Below the pieces are notes generated by a model that did no database searches, was not told where the DNA came from, and saw nothing but the letters and a program-made list of their open reading frames with translations. The translations under genes were made by a program, and so were the position numbers. A stretch of DNA of 64,000 nucleotides from Mytilus californianus (taxonomy: Eukaryota), in contig NW_026262709.1 in assembly GCF_021869535.1 (NCBI RefSeq), forward strand, positions 248,001-312,000, in the 5' to 3' direction. This document shows, piece after piece, positions 36,626 through 48,561 of the stretch; position 1 is the first letter of the stretch, and every line of letters begins with the position of its first letter.

Positions 36626-37284
36626 GTTGTCAATCGTTTCGGAAGATGAGTTGTAGCGTGTTTGCCTTAAGTGTAGGTGGTCGTCAGTACGTAGATGCGG
36701 ATTTAGGATTTGGAAAAAGGGGAGCACGGCCCCCAAACTAGGCAAAGTGATAAGTGGAACAGGTAAAAAGTCTTAACCATAAAAGTAGCTCCATAAGGGA
36801 GGGGCGATCACCCTGCCTCCCCTTAAATCTGCCTCTGGTACGTATCTCCACATATACAATGTTGGACTTTCAAATTGCTATTTACCGTTTCTTGGCTAAG
36901 AATGGAGGATGCAAAAGTAAGAGCAATGATCTGGTTGGCTCGGGAGTCAGAATGACGCATTTATGTATGATGGGTGACAAAGTACATGGGTATGACAAAG
37001 TACATGTTGTGCATGAAATATTCAATACTGGTCTTTAATCATTCAACTATCAATCATATCATTTTTGTTAAATTGATAGTATTGTATCAAATAGCTTTGT
37101 ACAGTGAAAATTTTTTAAAGACTTACAAATGCTTTGCAGTATGCGAAGAATTGTCAGAATACGTGTAATGCTGCGAAAATTCGAAAATATACATGTTATG
37201 TTCGGTATTGACCGTCCGAAGGATTTAAAAAAAAAAAAAAAAAATAGAACCTAAAAAATCAGACAACAGTTACGTTAAATTATG

Positions 37285-37544
37285 CTATTATATCAAAACA
37301 AAATGCTTTGCCGAGCGCAACTGGATACGACCGCAGAGGTCCAACCCTGAACAGTTGGGGCAAAAATGGACACAATATTCGCGCTTGATACAGGTCTGAA
37401 ATTGGATTGTAATTAAATATTTGACACATAATAGGTCTCTGACACAGAATAACTGTAGTCAAAGAACTTAGATTTGGTTATATGATTTGAATTTATATTC
37501 ATTTTTTTGCTTTAGTGCAATACACTATGTTGTTGCAATTGGAC

Positions 37545-37575
<31 letters not shown>

Positions 37576-38412
37576 AAAAAAAAAATCAACCCCCCTTTTT
37601 TTGCAAAAAAAAAAAAATATTTGAAGAAATTTTCTTTTAATTTCTGAAATCTGAAATGAGAAAAAATTGTCCCCCCCAATTTCTTTTTACCCCCCCCCCC
37701 CCCCCTCCCCTTTAAAAAAAATCTTTCCCTCAAGATATGGTCATTATCTCAATTCATATTTCCAATGGAGTTTGCAACCATAATTACCCATTGAAATACA
37801 TCATAAAAGTCTTAAAATAGAAAATGACATACATAATCATGGCTAAAATTAATATTCATTAAACGGCATTTTTAATAGTAACTTCTAAAAATAAATTGAA
37901 AGCTAATCAATTCAAGACAATACAATATTTCTTTATACATAATTTAAAAGCAGTGTAAGGGAGGTAATCCAAACATAACATTGTACTTTGAAGTAATTGT
38001 CCATTTACCCGGAAACCCTTGTTTTCCACCTTTTTTGCCCCTTATTCCTAAACGGTTTGAGCCATAACCCCCCAAAGCCAATCTAACCATCCCTTTGTGG
38101 TATGGAAACTTGTGGTCTAATTTCAGAGAGATCCATACACCTTTCCACAAGTTATTGTCTGGAAACTAGAAAAATGTTTATTTAGACCCCTTTCTGGCCT
38201 TATAATCCCTAAACTGTTAGGACCATAACCCCCAAAATCAATCCCAACCTTCCTTTTGTGGTTAAAAACCTTGTGTTTAAATTTCATAGATTTCTATTTA
38301 CATATACTAAAGTTATTGTCCGGAAACCAAATGTCTTCGGACGACGCAGACGACGACGACGACACGACGTGATACCAATATACGACCGCAAAACTTTTTG
38401 CGGTCGTATAAT
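37285..38412 (-). mobile_element. HINE-like element
   Basis: Terminal palindrome TATACGACCGCAAAACTTTTTGCGGTCGTATA (38379-38410), (ACG)n, internal tandem subrepeats; related fragment at 39495-39660. Confidence 0.7.
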
Positions 38413-40134
38413 AATTTGCGTGTTTTACATACCTTAGAAATTAGCTCCCAATAGCACTTTAATATTTACTTCAACATTTTTACATTCAACATGTTTAAAT
38501 TATTAAACACAATTATTAAGAAAAACATTTATAGATTATATATATTGTTTAGAGTCCAATAAAAAGAGGTTAATTTGGAACAATTTTTTTAACGTCATAA
38601 TTTGAGTTAAATATTATCATGATTACTGAAATTATCTATGTATACGTAAACAAATTAAATTCATTTTTTCCAACACGCAAATTTCATGTTACCACGAAAA
38701 CTTTGTTATTCCAAGATCATAATAATATATTGCCTTACGGATGTTTTATATGAATGAGTTTAAATGTTTTAGTTGAATACATTAACCATGTTAACAAAAA
38801 TATTCTTTTCAGATCCTGTTGAGCATGTCATTCGTGCATTTTGTGTATTTATCGTATTTACCGTTTACAACAATTCTTGTTTACACACGTTTATTTCATT
38901 GCGGTTGTGTATACAATTTTTGATCAATAAATGTAAGAAACAAATTGATCTTGCGATCAGCAGGCAATGGATACAGGTATGTGCGTATTTATTTCTATTT
39001 TTACAACATTGTTTACAAAAACGAAAGTGACATCAATATTGTTCCGATTTATCATTAAATTATAATTAAAGTTTATGAGGTAATTAAGCGAAAAAAGTAT
39101 AAACAAAATGTATATTTACTTACTGTCGTCTAAAAATAATGTGGAATCAATAATCTACATTACACTGACAAAACAGGGACTCTATATTATAATTTTGAAG
39201 TAACGGTTCACATGAGGTCATCACGTCACATGGTATATATTTGATAATAGTATCTGATAAGTACCAATTACTCAATTGTATAATTTATTGGCTGTATACA
39301 TCGTACAATACGTGTAGTTCTGTATATAAATTGATAAGGAAAAAAAACGCGATTTGATTAACATGATTAATCATCTCAAATATTTAATAATAAAAGGGGG
39401 ATGGGTAAGATCTTTTCTGTTAAGGTGTTTTATGCTTTTTTGAACATTTGTTAACTGAAAATATATGTGCTGTTAACTGTATATGTTATTGACTGTTTTT
39501 ATACGACCGCAAAAAAATTGTGTTCGTATATTGCCATCACGTCGTCGTCGTCCGAAGACATTTGGTTTCCGGACAATAACTTTAGTTTAAGTGTATGGAT
39601 CTCTATGAAATTTAAGCAAAAGATTCAATAACACAAATGGAATTTTTTTTTCCTTAAGGTTTAACAAAATTATCAATTTTCCGTTATTTCTTTTAGGGGT
39701 GTAAATTTTTTTTCTCCAAGATTTAACAAATTATCAATTTTCAAAAATAAAAATAGGGGGTCACAATTTATTTTGCTAGTTCTTTCTATATAGTCTGAAA
39801 ACAGATTTACTAAGTACTGCGCAACAGCACAGTGTATTGCACAACAGCAAGAAATCTTCAATTGAATATAAATTCAAATCATATAACCAATTGCAAGTTC
39901 TTTGACTACATTTATTCTGTGTCAGAATACCTATAATGTGTCAAATATTTAATTACATATATCATTTGCACATTTGGACCATTTCATTTCACGTATGCTC
40001 AATATTTAAAACAGAGCCCACACTATAATATTTACCGGGTTAACTTTGTTCACAAAGCCATTATCATTTCTCACCGTCAGGAACCGAAACTCCAGGGGTT
40101 GACGGGGTATAAAAATATAGTCATCCGTTGGACT

Positions 40135-40503
40135 TCTTCCGTGTGACAGTTAAAGTCTTGCTAAAACAGGACGTTCATATGGCTTTGGGGATCTATAAAT
40201 ACGCAGTAACGTCCTCGTGTGGAATGAGTGCCACACTCTCTGCAGTTAAAAAACCAACGCTTACAACAATCTTTGAGGAGTTCGTTGTTGGCCTGTTGAA
40301 AGGCATAATTTCTGTCTCTATCGAAGTTTACCTCATTTTCCAGTCTTGCCAGTGGTAGACGACATTTTACCCACCCACGTTAATCCTGGTCGACCCATTT
40401 TTCAAAACAGACCTTTTGTATTAACAGTTAATTGGTTTATCGTCCTGAATATGCATGAAATATTTGCCATTTGACGTTAAGAAAACAACAATCAATCAAT
40501 CAT
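40135..40503 (+). mobile_element. Old diverged S1 copy
   Basis: Degenerate core; tail CGTCCTGAATATGCATGAAATATTTGCC...(AATC)n. Confidence 0.7.
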
Positions 40504-40595
40504 CAGTAGGATGATAAGATAAATACATATTGTTAACAGAATATTGATATCTCTTTATATTCAAAGTTCAATATATACATTTCATCAATTTTCCA

Positions 40596-41021
40596 CCCCA
40601 AGGGCGACTGGGGAAAAGAAATATGGCCACTCTAGGTCTTCTTCCGACCTGCAAATAAACTCTTGCAAAACTAGGGGTGTTCGTTTGGTTGTGCGGAATT
40701 TACAAGTACGCAGCCACGTCCGGTCAGAATGGGGACGTAAAATCCGATGCCTCGTGTAGAGAGAGTGTCACGCTCTCTGCACGTAAAGAACCATTGCAAC
40801 AACTCTTTTTGAAGGGTCCATAGATGTCCTTGTTGCAAGGCAAAATTTCTGTCCCTATTCAATATTCCCTCATTTTACAGTGGCAGTCAAAATTTCCCCG
40901 ACCTTTATCCTGTACGACCTCTATACAGAACCTACCTATTGTATGTATTATTAATGTGTTCTCGTCCTAAACATGCATGCATTATTTGCCGCTGGACGTT
41001 AAGCAACTAATATTCAATCAA
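40596..41021 (+). mobile_element. S1 copy, moderately diverged, full length
   Basis: Starts CCCCAAGGGCGACTGGGG; ends GGACGTTAAGCAAC...CAATCAAT. Confidence 0.85.
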
Positions 41022-42455
41022 TGAAATCATTTTTTCTATCATTGAACGACATTGTAAACTCTAGAAGTAGGGCCTGTATATTACAATCACCCTGTCCGTC
41101 CGTTTATCAAACAAATATGTTTGTCGCACTTTTCTTAAACTGCTTTACCGAATGATTTCGTATTTAGTCAGCAGCCTGACAGTCATGAGTTGGAACGTGT
41201 GAGAAATTTTTGGATATGTCAGCCATCTACTTCCTGTTTGCGCGCCGATACCGTGATTTTTTTAATATACGGAATGAACTTAAAATTTTCGTCACACATG
41301 TTCTTTTATACTACTGAACGGAAGGACTTTATATATATTGTCAGCAATTCAACAGCGATGAGGTGTGAGTGTGTGCACATGTCGAACGAGTGGGGATATG
41401 CTTAGCTCGGTAACGCGTACATGCTTGTTTTATCGCATTATAGTTCAACGAGTCAGAACCGATACCAAAAGATATTTGCATTGTGACTATACGGCGATAC
41501 GAGACGTATCACATTTTTGTCCTCTAATTTTATTGTAAAGAAGACCGAAAAAATAAATATAAAACAATTCGATCATCTTACCTAAGAAAGGTTCTACTGT
41601 ACTTTTTCGTTAGAATTATTTATATTTGAAGATAAAGGCAATAATGTCAAAACAATGGATTGTTGAGGTAATGTTAAGCAGAAAACAATAATAGATGATA
41701 AAATTCTAAATTGAATAAAATAGTTATAGTTAATTAAATAGGGAGTGATAGGAATTGAAAATAACAAATATGAAAATCTCAGAGGAAGTATGTGTTAGCA
41801 AAATATCAGAAAGTTATTCGCTCGATTGAAAATATAATTTATTGCATCTCCTCATAAAGTTCATAAATACCTTAAATACACTCAATGCTTCACTTACTTC
41901 GACTGGAGATCAAATTAAAAAGTAACTTTATGTTAAGCACAAGTTATATGTTCATGTATCTGTTCCCAATCGGGAACCTCGTCAGTGGTTGTATTTGCAA
42001 TAACTTACTATTTTTGGTTGCTCTTCAGTGAATAACGATGGATTTCAGATTCTTAATAGTCTCTTTACAAATACATTTTCAATTTTTTAAAGTTTACTAA
42101 ATGGTATGGGCTATGTTCATTGTTGAAGGTCGTCCAGTGCCCTTCATAGTTGTTTACATTCTCGCTCTTTCGTCTCTGGTGGATAGTTGCCTCAATGGCA
42201 ATCATACCACATCTCCTAATCATGCATGCTTATGTTTACTTTCAGATTTAGAGTGTACAATATTGAATAAACCACTTCATTATAATGGTCAAAACCTTTG
42301 TGTGGACCTCTAGATGCTTTGGTTTATGTTTTGTTGGGTTGCTTTCTGATTGATGAATACCCCTCATCTATTTTATATTTATGTTATTTATCAACACGAA
42401 GTAGGCATATTGTAGAATATATTAGCACCCACACTTTATTTTAGATAGCAATAGA

Positions 42456-42542
42456 AAAAGACAGCGATATCTAACATGGGACCAGTATTTTATGGCAGTT
42501 GCCTTGGTTTCAGCAGAAAGAAGCAAAGATCCTGTAACGCAG
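42456..42542 (+). CDS. DCTD: dCMP deaminase coding exon A
   Basis: [29 protein letters not shown]|GT matches the DCTD N-terminal motif; the start-codon exon lies further upstream and was not identified. Confidence 0.85.
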
Positions 42543-45500
42543 GTTGGTATCTGAAATTTATCCAGCATCATATTACCCTTAAGTGGGTACCCAACACTTT
42601 GACTAAAATAGATTTGGCTTGTTTAATTTTCATAAAATTTTGACAAACTATTTACTCTGACATGTTGACAAAAATATAAAAATTTCATGAAATTTGAACC
42701 ACACAATTTATAGGAATAATTTCATTAGATATGTAGCAGTTTGACAAACACTAGTTTTGATCATTGAGAAGCTTGATCTCTCTTTACTAATAGCATGTGA
42801 TTAAAACGTTTAGCTGATTTTTAAAGAGTTAACTCCCTGAGGTGTTCTGTACCCCCGTAAAACCAATGCAAAAAAAAAGAAGATGACGTATTATTGCCTA
42901 TGAGATAACTATCCACATGAGACCAAATGACGTAGATCTTAAGCAACTATATGTTGCCGTATGGCCTTCAACAACGAACAAATCCCATACCGTAAAGAAC
43001 GCTATAAAAGGCCCCGACATGACAAAAAGGAAAAACGTACAAACGAGAACTCCAACGGTCTGTTTTTTTTTGTACATAACACTATAAAAAGCCACAAAAA
43101 CAAATCAAAGTACTGAAGTACTGAACATCGGATGACCACAAGTTCTTGAGGATGGTCAAAAGCACTTGTCTCAGAAAAAAAAACAACATATCTCTTTACC
43201 TGAAACTGAGGTTAATGTACAGAGATATATTTTTTTCTGAGACAAGTTCGTGCGTGGATGATGAATAAATGACAGGAAATTCATCTTCACCGTAATAACT
43301 ACATGTATTATATTGTAGTGATACAAATCAGTATACACTGATTTGTTGTTATATATTATATTAAAATAACAGTTACATACATATATGATTTGCATCCATT
43401 TGTATATCATTCTATTCTACTATTCTAATAATAGTGCAATGCAAGTGCATGGTGGACACTTTTCTGTAAAAATTCGATTTTTCTAAGATTGGATACGAGT
43501 AGGCATTCATATTTTCCCGCAAAAACAATTACAGAGTTACCGGTCCTTCAAAACGTTCTTTGAGATATTCTTCCGCATGCTTTAACACAATTTTTCGGTA
43601 CGGGTGCATTGATATTATCAATGATTTTTTACTTATATATATATATATCTAACTACAAAACATTTTCATATTATTAATTTATGTTGTAAACAAAAATATT
43701 TTTATCAGTATTCATTGAAGAGATGTATTTATATCAAACGATAAGGAATGTTATTTTGCATTCGTTTATGTGCGCATATTTATCATGTTTATAGATCGGT
43801 TACAAACCCAAAACTAATTTACATAATGGAAATCTAGGCGATAGCAATACATCGGGATGACCTCAAGGTCATCGCGATGTAATAAAAATGATGGACAGCC
43901 AACAACGACAACCACTGAATTACATTATGATTAAGTTCTGTTAAGGTTAAGAGGAACAGGTTGAGATTTAGCAAAAGGGACATGCAAAAGACTTCTGACT
44001 GCGATTAGATAATCATGGACCTGATTCAAACTAGATAAGCTCACATGCCCAGGTTTCGCTAAAAAGAAATAGTCGTACTATCTTGATATTTTTTGTTTTT
44101 AGAATGAGGGATTTGTATCTTACAAAAACTATTGATATGAACTATATGTGATCCTTTTGAATTTTGAATGGTTTGTGGGATTTAATTTAATCAGATATCA
44201 AGTGTTGACTATGTGTAATATAGAAATTATGTCATCCCTTGGTGTTCTCCTGATCGGCAATGAAATACTTACCAAAATGGGTCGTCCATTTGCCTGTGTC
44301 GGATGTATAAATTCGCAGCCACGTTCGATCAGAATGAGGACGTTAAATCCGATGCTTTGTGTAGAGAGAGAATGAATAAGGGCAACAGTAGTATACCGCT
44401 GTTCAAAAGTCATAAATCGATTGAGAGAAAACATATCCGCGTTACAAACTAAAACCGAGGGAAACACATCGACTATTAGAGGAAAACAAAGGAACAACAG
44501 AAACACTGAAGTGTAACAAAAACAAACGCCAACATACATAGAAACGAACTATTTGATAACAACTGCCATATTCCTGACTTGGTACAGGACATTTTAAGAA
44601 AAAAATGGTGGGTTGAACCTGGTTTTATGGCTAGCCAAACCTCCCGCTTATATGGTAATGTTAAAAAACTATTGCTAAAATGACAACACTACGTGACAGA
44701 AATACAGCACAACACACACAAGAACACTCATCACAGAGAAATGCACAAATAAATAATATAATACTCGATACAACAAACATCTTCCATTAACGACAGACAG
44801 CACAGGACATCACAAACAGTGACGTATTTTTGTAACGGATATATAATCTTGAAATTCATACAATTATTTTCACAATACTAGTCCAAACAATTATCATGAT
44901 AAAGACGGTATTGAAAGGCTATTTTATAATTATTTGGAATACAAACGATAAGACATAACACATTATCTAACCGAAACCACAACAGAAACATCATAAATTC
45001 ATGAATGTTGGATGTATAAAATACCGAGAGACGTCGTATAGCAATGCAAATTCACACTCGGCAAAACAGTCATATTCGGGAATAGGTCACGTTCGGTACT
45101 TAGCAGACGGACGACATAGATGTTAAACCACAATTTAAATTTAATTTGTTCTCGTCCTCAATATGCATGAAATGTTTGCCACTGGACGTTAGGCAAACGA
45201 CATATCAATCAACAAATTTAATCAACTGTATATTTCTGCATGATTAACAGTAAAGAAGACATAAATTACTTAATTAGTCCTATTTGCACAATTTTCCACA
45301 GTTATAAAGACTAAGACCAAAATCCAGATATTGAAAACAAACCAATTGTAGAAATACAAATTTACCACTATTCAAGTATTTATAGTCGTTCTGAAAATAT
45401 TTCAAAATACATTTATTATAGATTTAATAGAAAAAAAATGTTTATATTTTATTATATTCTGAGTATTTTGCTGGATACTCAGAAAGCATTTCACAGGAAT

Positions 45501-45800
45501 ACGTCATTGGAGCTTGTACAGTGAAGTAGTAACAGGCAATCAGAAGTATAAAGAAGAGTTTTTGTTGTTAAAAAAAAAGAAAATATTTCAAAATAAATGG
45601 TATGGCATTGTTAGATCATTTGAAATTAGGTGCATTCCAGTCTTTCTTTTCTTCGACTATATCTTACACACGACATACCAGAGCATGGTGTTTTATACTT
45701 GTAGTTTATTTCAGGTTGGTGCTTGTATTGTTAATACACACAATATAATTGATGGTATAGGCTATAATGGCATGGTGTTTTATACTTGTATTTATTTCAG

Positions 45801-45936
45801 GTTGGTGCTTGTATTGTTAATACAGACAATAGAATTGTTGGTATAGGCTATAATGGTATGCCTAATGGATGCAGTGATGACGATATGCCATGGGGAAAAA
45901 ATTCAAAAGACATTCTTAAAACTAAAAAATTATATG
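45801..45936 (+). CDS. DCTD: dCMP deaminase coding exon B
   Basis: TTTCAG|[46 protein letters not shown]|GTGAGG. Confidence 0.9.
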
Positions 45937-46591
45937 GTGAGGAAAAATCCTAGAAGTAAAAATATAAAGCTTTCTGTACACTACAAATACATTAGATATC
46001 TGGTTAACGAAAGTATTGTGATGAGATTAACTATTTATATGTACATGTACAGTGAGGGAAAAGTAAAACATAATTTTAATGTTAATGTAGGTTTATTCAT
46101 GTGACTATATTGGTGGTAAATTGAGGTAAAATATTTAAAGAAATAAATTTTGATATTTCACATAAAACTAAGTGAATCTTCCATGTAATTGTAGAAAATA
46201 ACTAATTCTTCTATAAAAGTTTTTGTATAAAAAGATATAATTAGAGTGTCTATAATGTTATGTAGCTTTTAATATATAAGTATTTGATGTGAAATTCTTC
46301 ATATTTGATTAAACTTCACATTTAGAATATATATAAGATTTGACAGCTAAAACTCTTAGAGCCCTTTCCCTCTTTCCCGCATAACATGACCATGGAATTG
46401 AAATGCGAAACATCAATACATTTTTAGAGATTTATTTAAGAAAGCAAATGATTTGCCAAAGAATAAAAAAAAATTATTAAATCAGCAATTTGCCTGCATG
46501 TTGGGCCGATTTTTGTGTCCTGTACGTCATTGGTCAAATTTTATTATTATGGTATAACCAACATAATCAAGAATTTTTTTTCTGCATACAG

Positions 46592-46805
46592 TGTGTCATG
46601 CGGAGATGAACGCCATTGTAAACAAGATATCTGCAGACATCCGGGGATGTAAGATGTACGTAACACTGTATCCCTGTAATAACTGTGCAAAAATCATCAT
46701 ACAGTCTGGGATTAAGCACGTGATTTACTATGATGATAAAAACAGACATAAAGACGAGGCTAAGGCGTCACAATATATGCTTGGTAAAGCAGGAATAACG
46801 ATCAG
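46592..46805 (+). CDS. DCTD: dCMP deaminase coding exon C (zinc-binding HAE and PCxxC)
   Basis: CAG|VCHAEMNAIVNK...YVTLYPCNNCAKIIIQSGIK...AGITI AG|GTATAA. Confidence 0.9.
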
Positions 46806-47616
46806 GTATAAAAGAAAGAAAAGAAAAAAAAAAACACCACACATTCACATATTCTTGCATTAACTATTACATAAGCATGTACGTTGAATAAAAATGAAAA
46901 TTATTCTGAATGCGAGCAACAAAATAAAACCTCAGGTTTATTAAAACGTTCGATACGATTTTGATCGAACGGCATTTGTCTTTACACTGTTTAGGGTCAC
47001 GTGTTACGTTTTAAAGTGAAGTTCAACAAATAAGTTATTTGACAAGGCTGAAATATACACAAGGACACATCTACTCACAAAAACCTACATAACTGTCGAG
47101 AAGCTAGGCCTTTAAAACTCGGGTGTGTTTTCATTTAATGGTATAGCTAACCAAGGATTAAGAGATTAAACGAAGTGTTTTTATTTGATTTTTACATGCA
47201 GATATTCACGACCAAATCTTCGATACGCAAAAATTTACGTAAACAAATAGATATAGGAAGATGTGGTATGAGTGCCAATGAGACAACTCTCCATCCAAGT
47301 CAAAATTTATAAAAATAAACCATTATAGGTCAAAGTGCGGTGTTCAACACGGAGTCTTGGCTCACACCGAACAGCAAGCTATAACGGGCTCCAAAAATTA
47401 CTAGTGTAAAACCATTCAAACGGGGAAACCAACGGTCTAATCTATATATAAAACGAGAAACGATAATCACTTATGAACAATATCAACAAACGACAATTAC
47501 TGAACATCAGATTCCTGACTTAGGACAGGTGCAAACAATTGCAGCGGGTTTAAACGTTTTAATGGTACCAAACCTTCACCCTTATCTGAAACAATAGTGT
47601 AACATCACAACATAGA

Positions 47617-47879
47617 TTTGATTTTTGATTTTTGGTGTTTTAACGCCACTTTTAAGCACCGCTTTTGGGCTATTTCGTGGCGGCCAGTTTTTATTGGTGG
47701 AGGAAGCCGGAGCGCCCGGAGAAAACCACCGACCTTCGATAGGAAAACTGACAATCCTAGTCAATTAAGATTGGAGTCGAGTGCACCCGCACGAGCGGGG
47801 TTCGAACTCACAACCTCAGTGTTGACTGGCTAGTGATTACAGTAGTAACTACTTAGACCACTCGGCCACCGAGGCCCCT
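47617..47879 (-). mobile_element. tRNA-headed V-core SINE nested in a family A repeat
   Basis: Homologous to 12870-13112; 12-bp TSD TCACAACATAGA at 47605-47616 and 47880-47891. Confidence 0.85.
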
Positions 47880-48149
47880 TCACAACATAGAAAGACACAC
47901 TATAAAATATCAATTGAAATGGCTTAACTCAATCAAAAGACATATCAACACCAGTGATCTATGATACAATGTAAATACAAAATTAATAAACTAAGGGAAG
48001 AATAATTAAAGTAACATGTTATACCGCTGTGAAATGTTATACAATTTAAGAAAAACAATATGCAGCATTAATTAAGCAACACTATATGAAGTTTGTCAGT
48101 TTTTAAAATACGTCTTTCTATTCCAACTACTAGTTTTGAATTTTACATC

Positions 48150-48310
48150 AATTAAGGAATGACTGTAATTATTTTTTTGTCTATGAAGTAATAGCATAAT
48201 AAATGTGGTGCACGCTGAATAACCCGCGTAGCGATTTATTTAAAAGTGTGCACCACATTTTTTAGGTTATTTGGAATAGACAGAAAAAATATTACAATCA
48301 TTCCTTATAA
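48150..48310. mobile_element. Palindromic MITE
   Basis: AAGGAATGACTGTAATTATTTTTT...AAAAAATATTACAATCATTCCTT inverted ends; a similar small palindromic element lies at ~48595-48710. Confidence 0.55.
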
Positions 48311-48503
48311 TTTAATGCTAAATTCCATTTTAAGGAGGAAATCATGAAAAAAAAAACGTTGTTGACGTCACGGTCACATGACAAAACTATGTTTATGAGC
48401 TGATAGACAAAAAACTTTCAGCCGATCAGAAGACTTGTTACATACAAAATTAAATTATTGATTAATAGATCTTAATATAATGAGGACATGTTTTCATTTT
48501 CAG

Positions 48504-48561
48504 GAAGTATAATTCGACTTCTACACAACTAAACATTGGAACTTTGAAGAGTCAATTATGA
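48504..48561 (+). CDS. DCTD: dCMP deaminase probable last coding exon
   Basis: TTTTCATTTTCAG|G completes Arg in phase 2; RKYNSTSTQLNIGTLKSQL-stop; length similar to typical DCTD C-termini. Confidence 0.65.

Noticed and set aside
37530-37730. Long poly-C, poly-A and poly-T runs as a G-quadruplex or regulatory element
   Set aside because: The pattern of inflated homopolymers inside a repeat copy is typical of low-quality long-read consensus.
38812-39900. Possible first exons of DCTD (ATGGATACAG|GTATGT at ~38968-38983; candidate exon near 39800)
   Set aside because: The splice signals are plausible, but I could not build a convincing in-frame path to exon A without transcript data.
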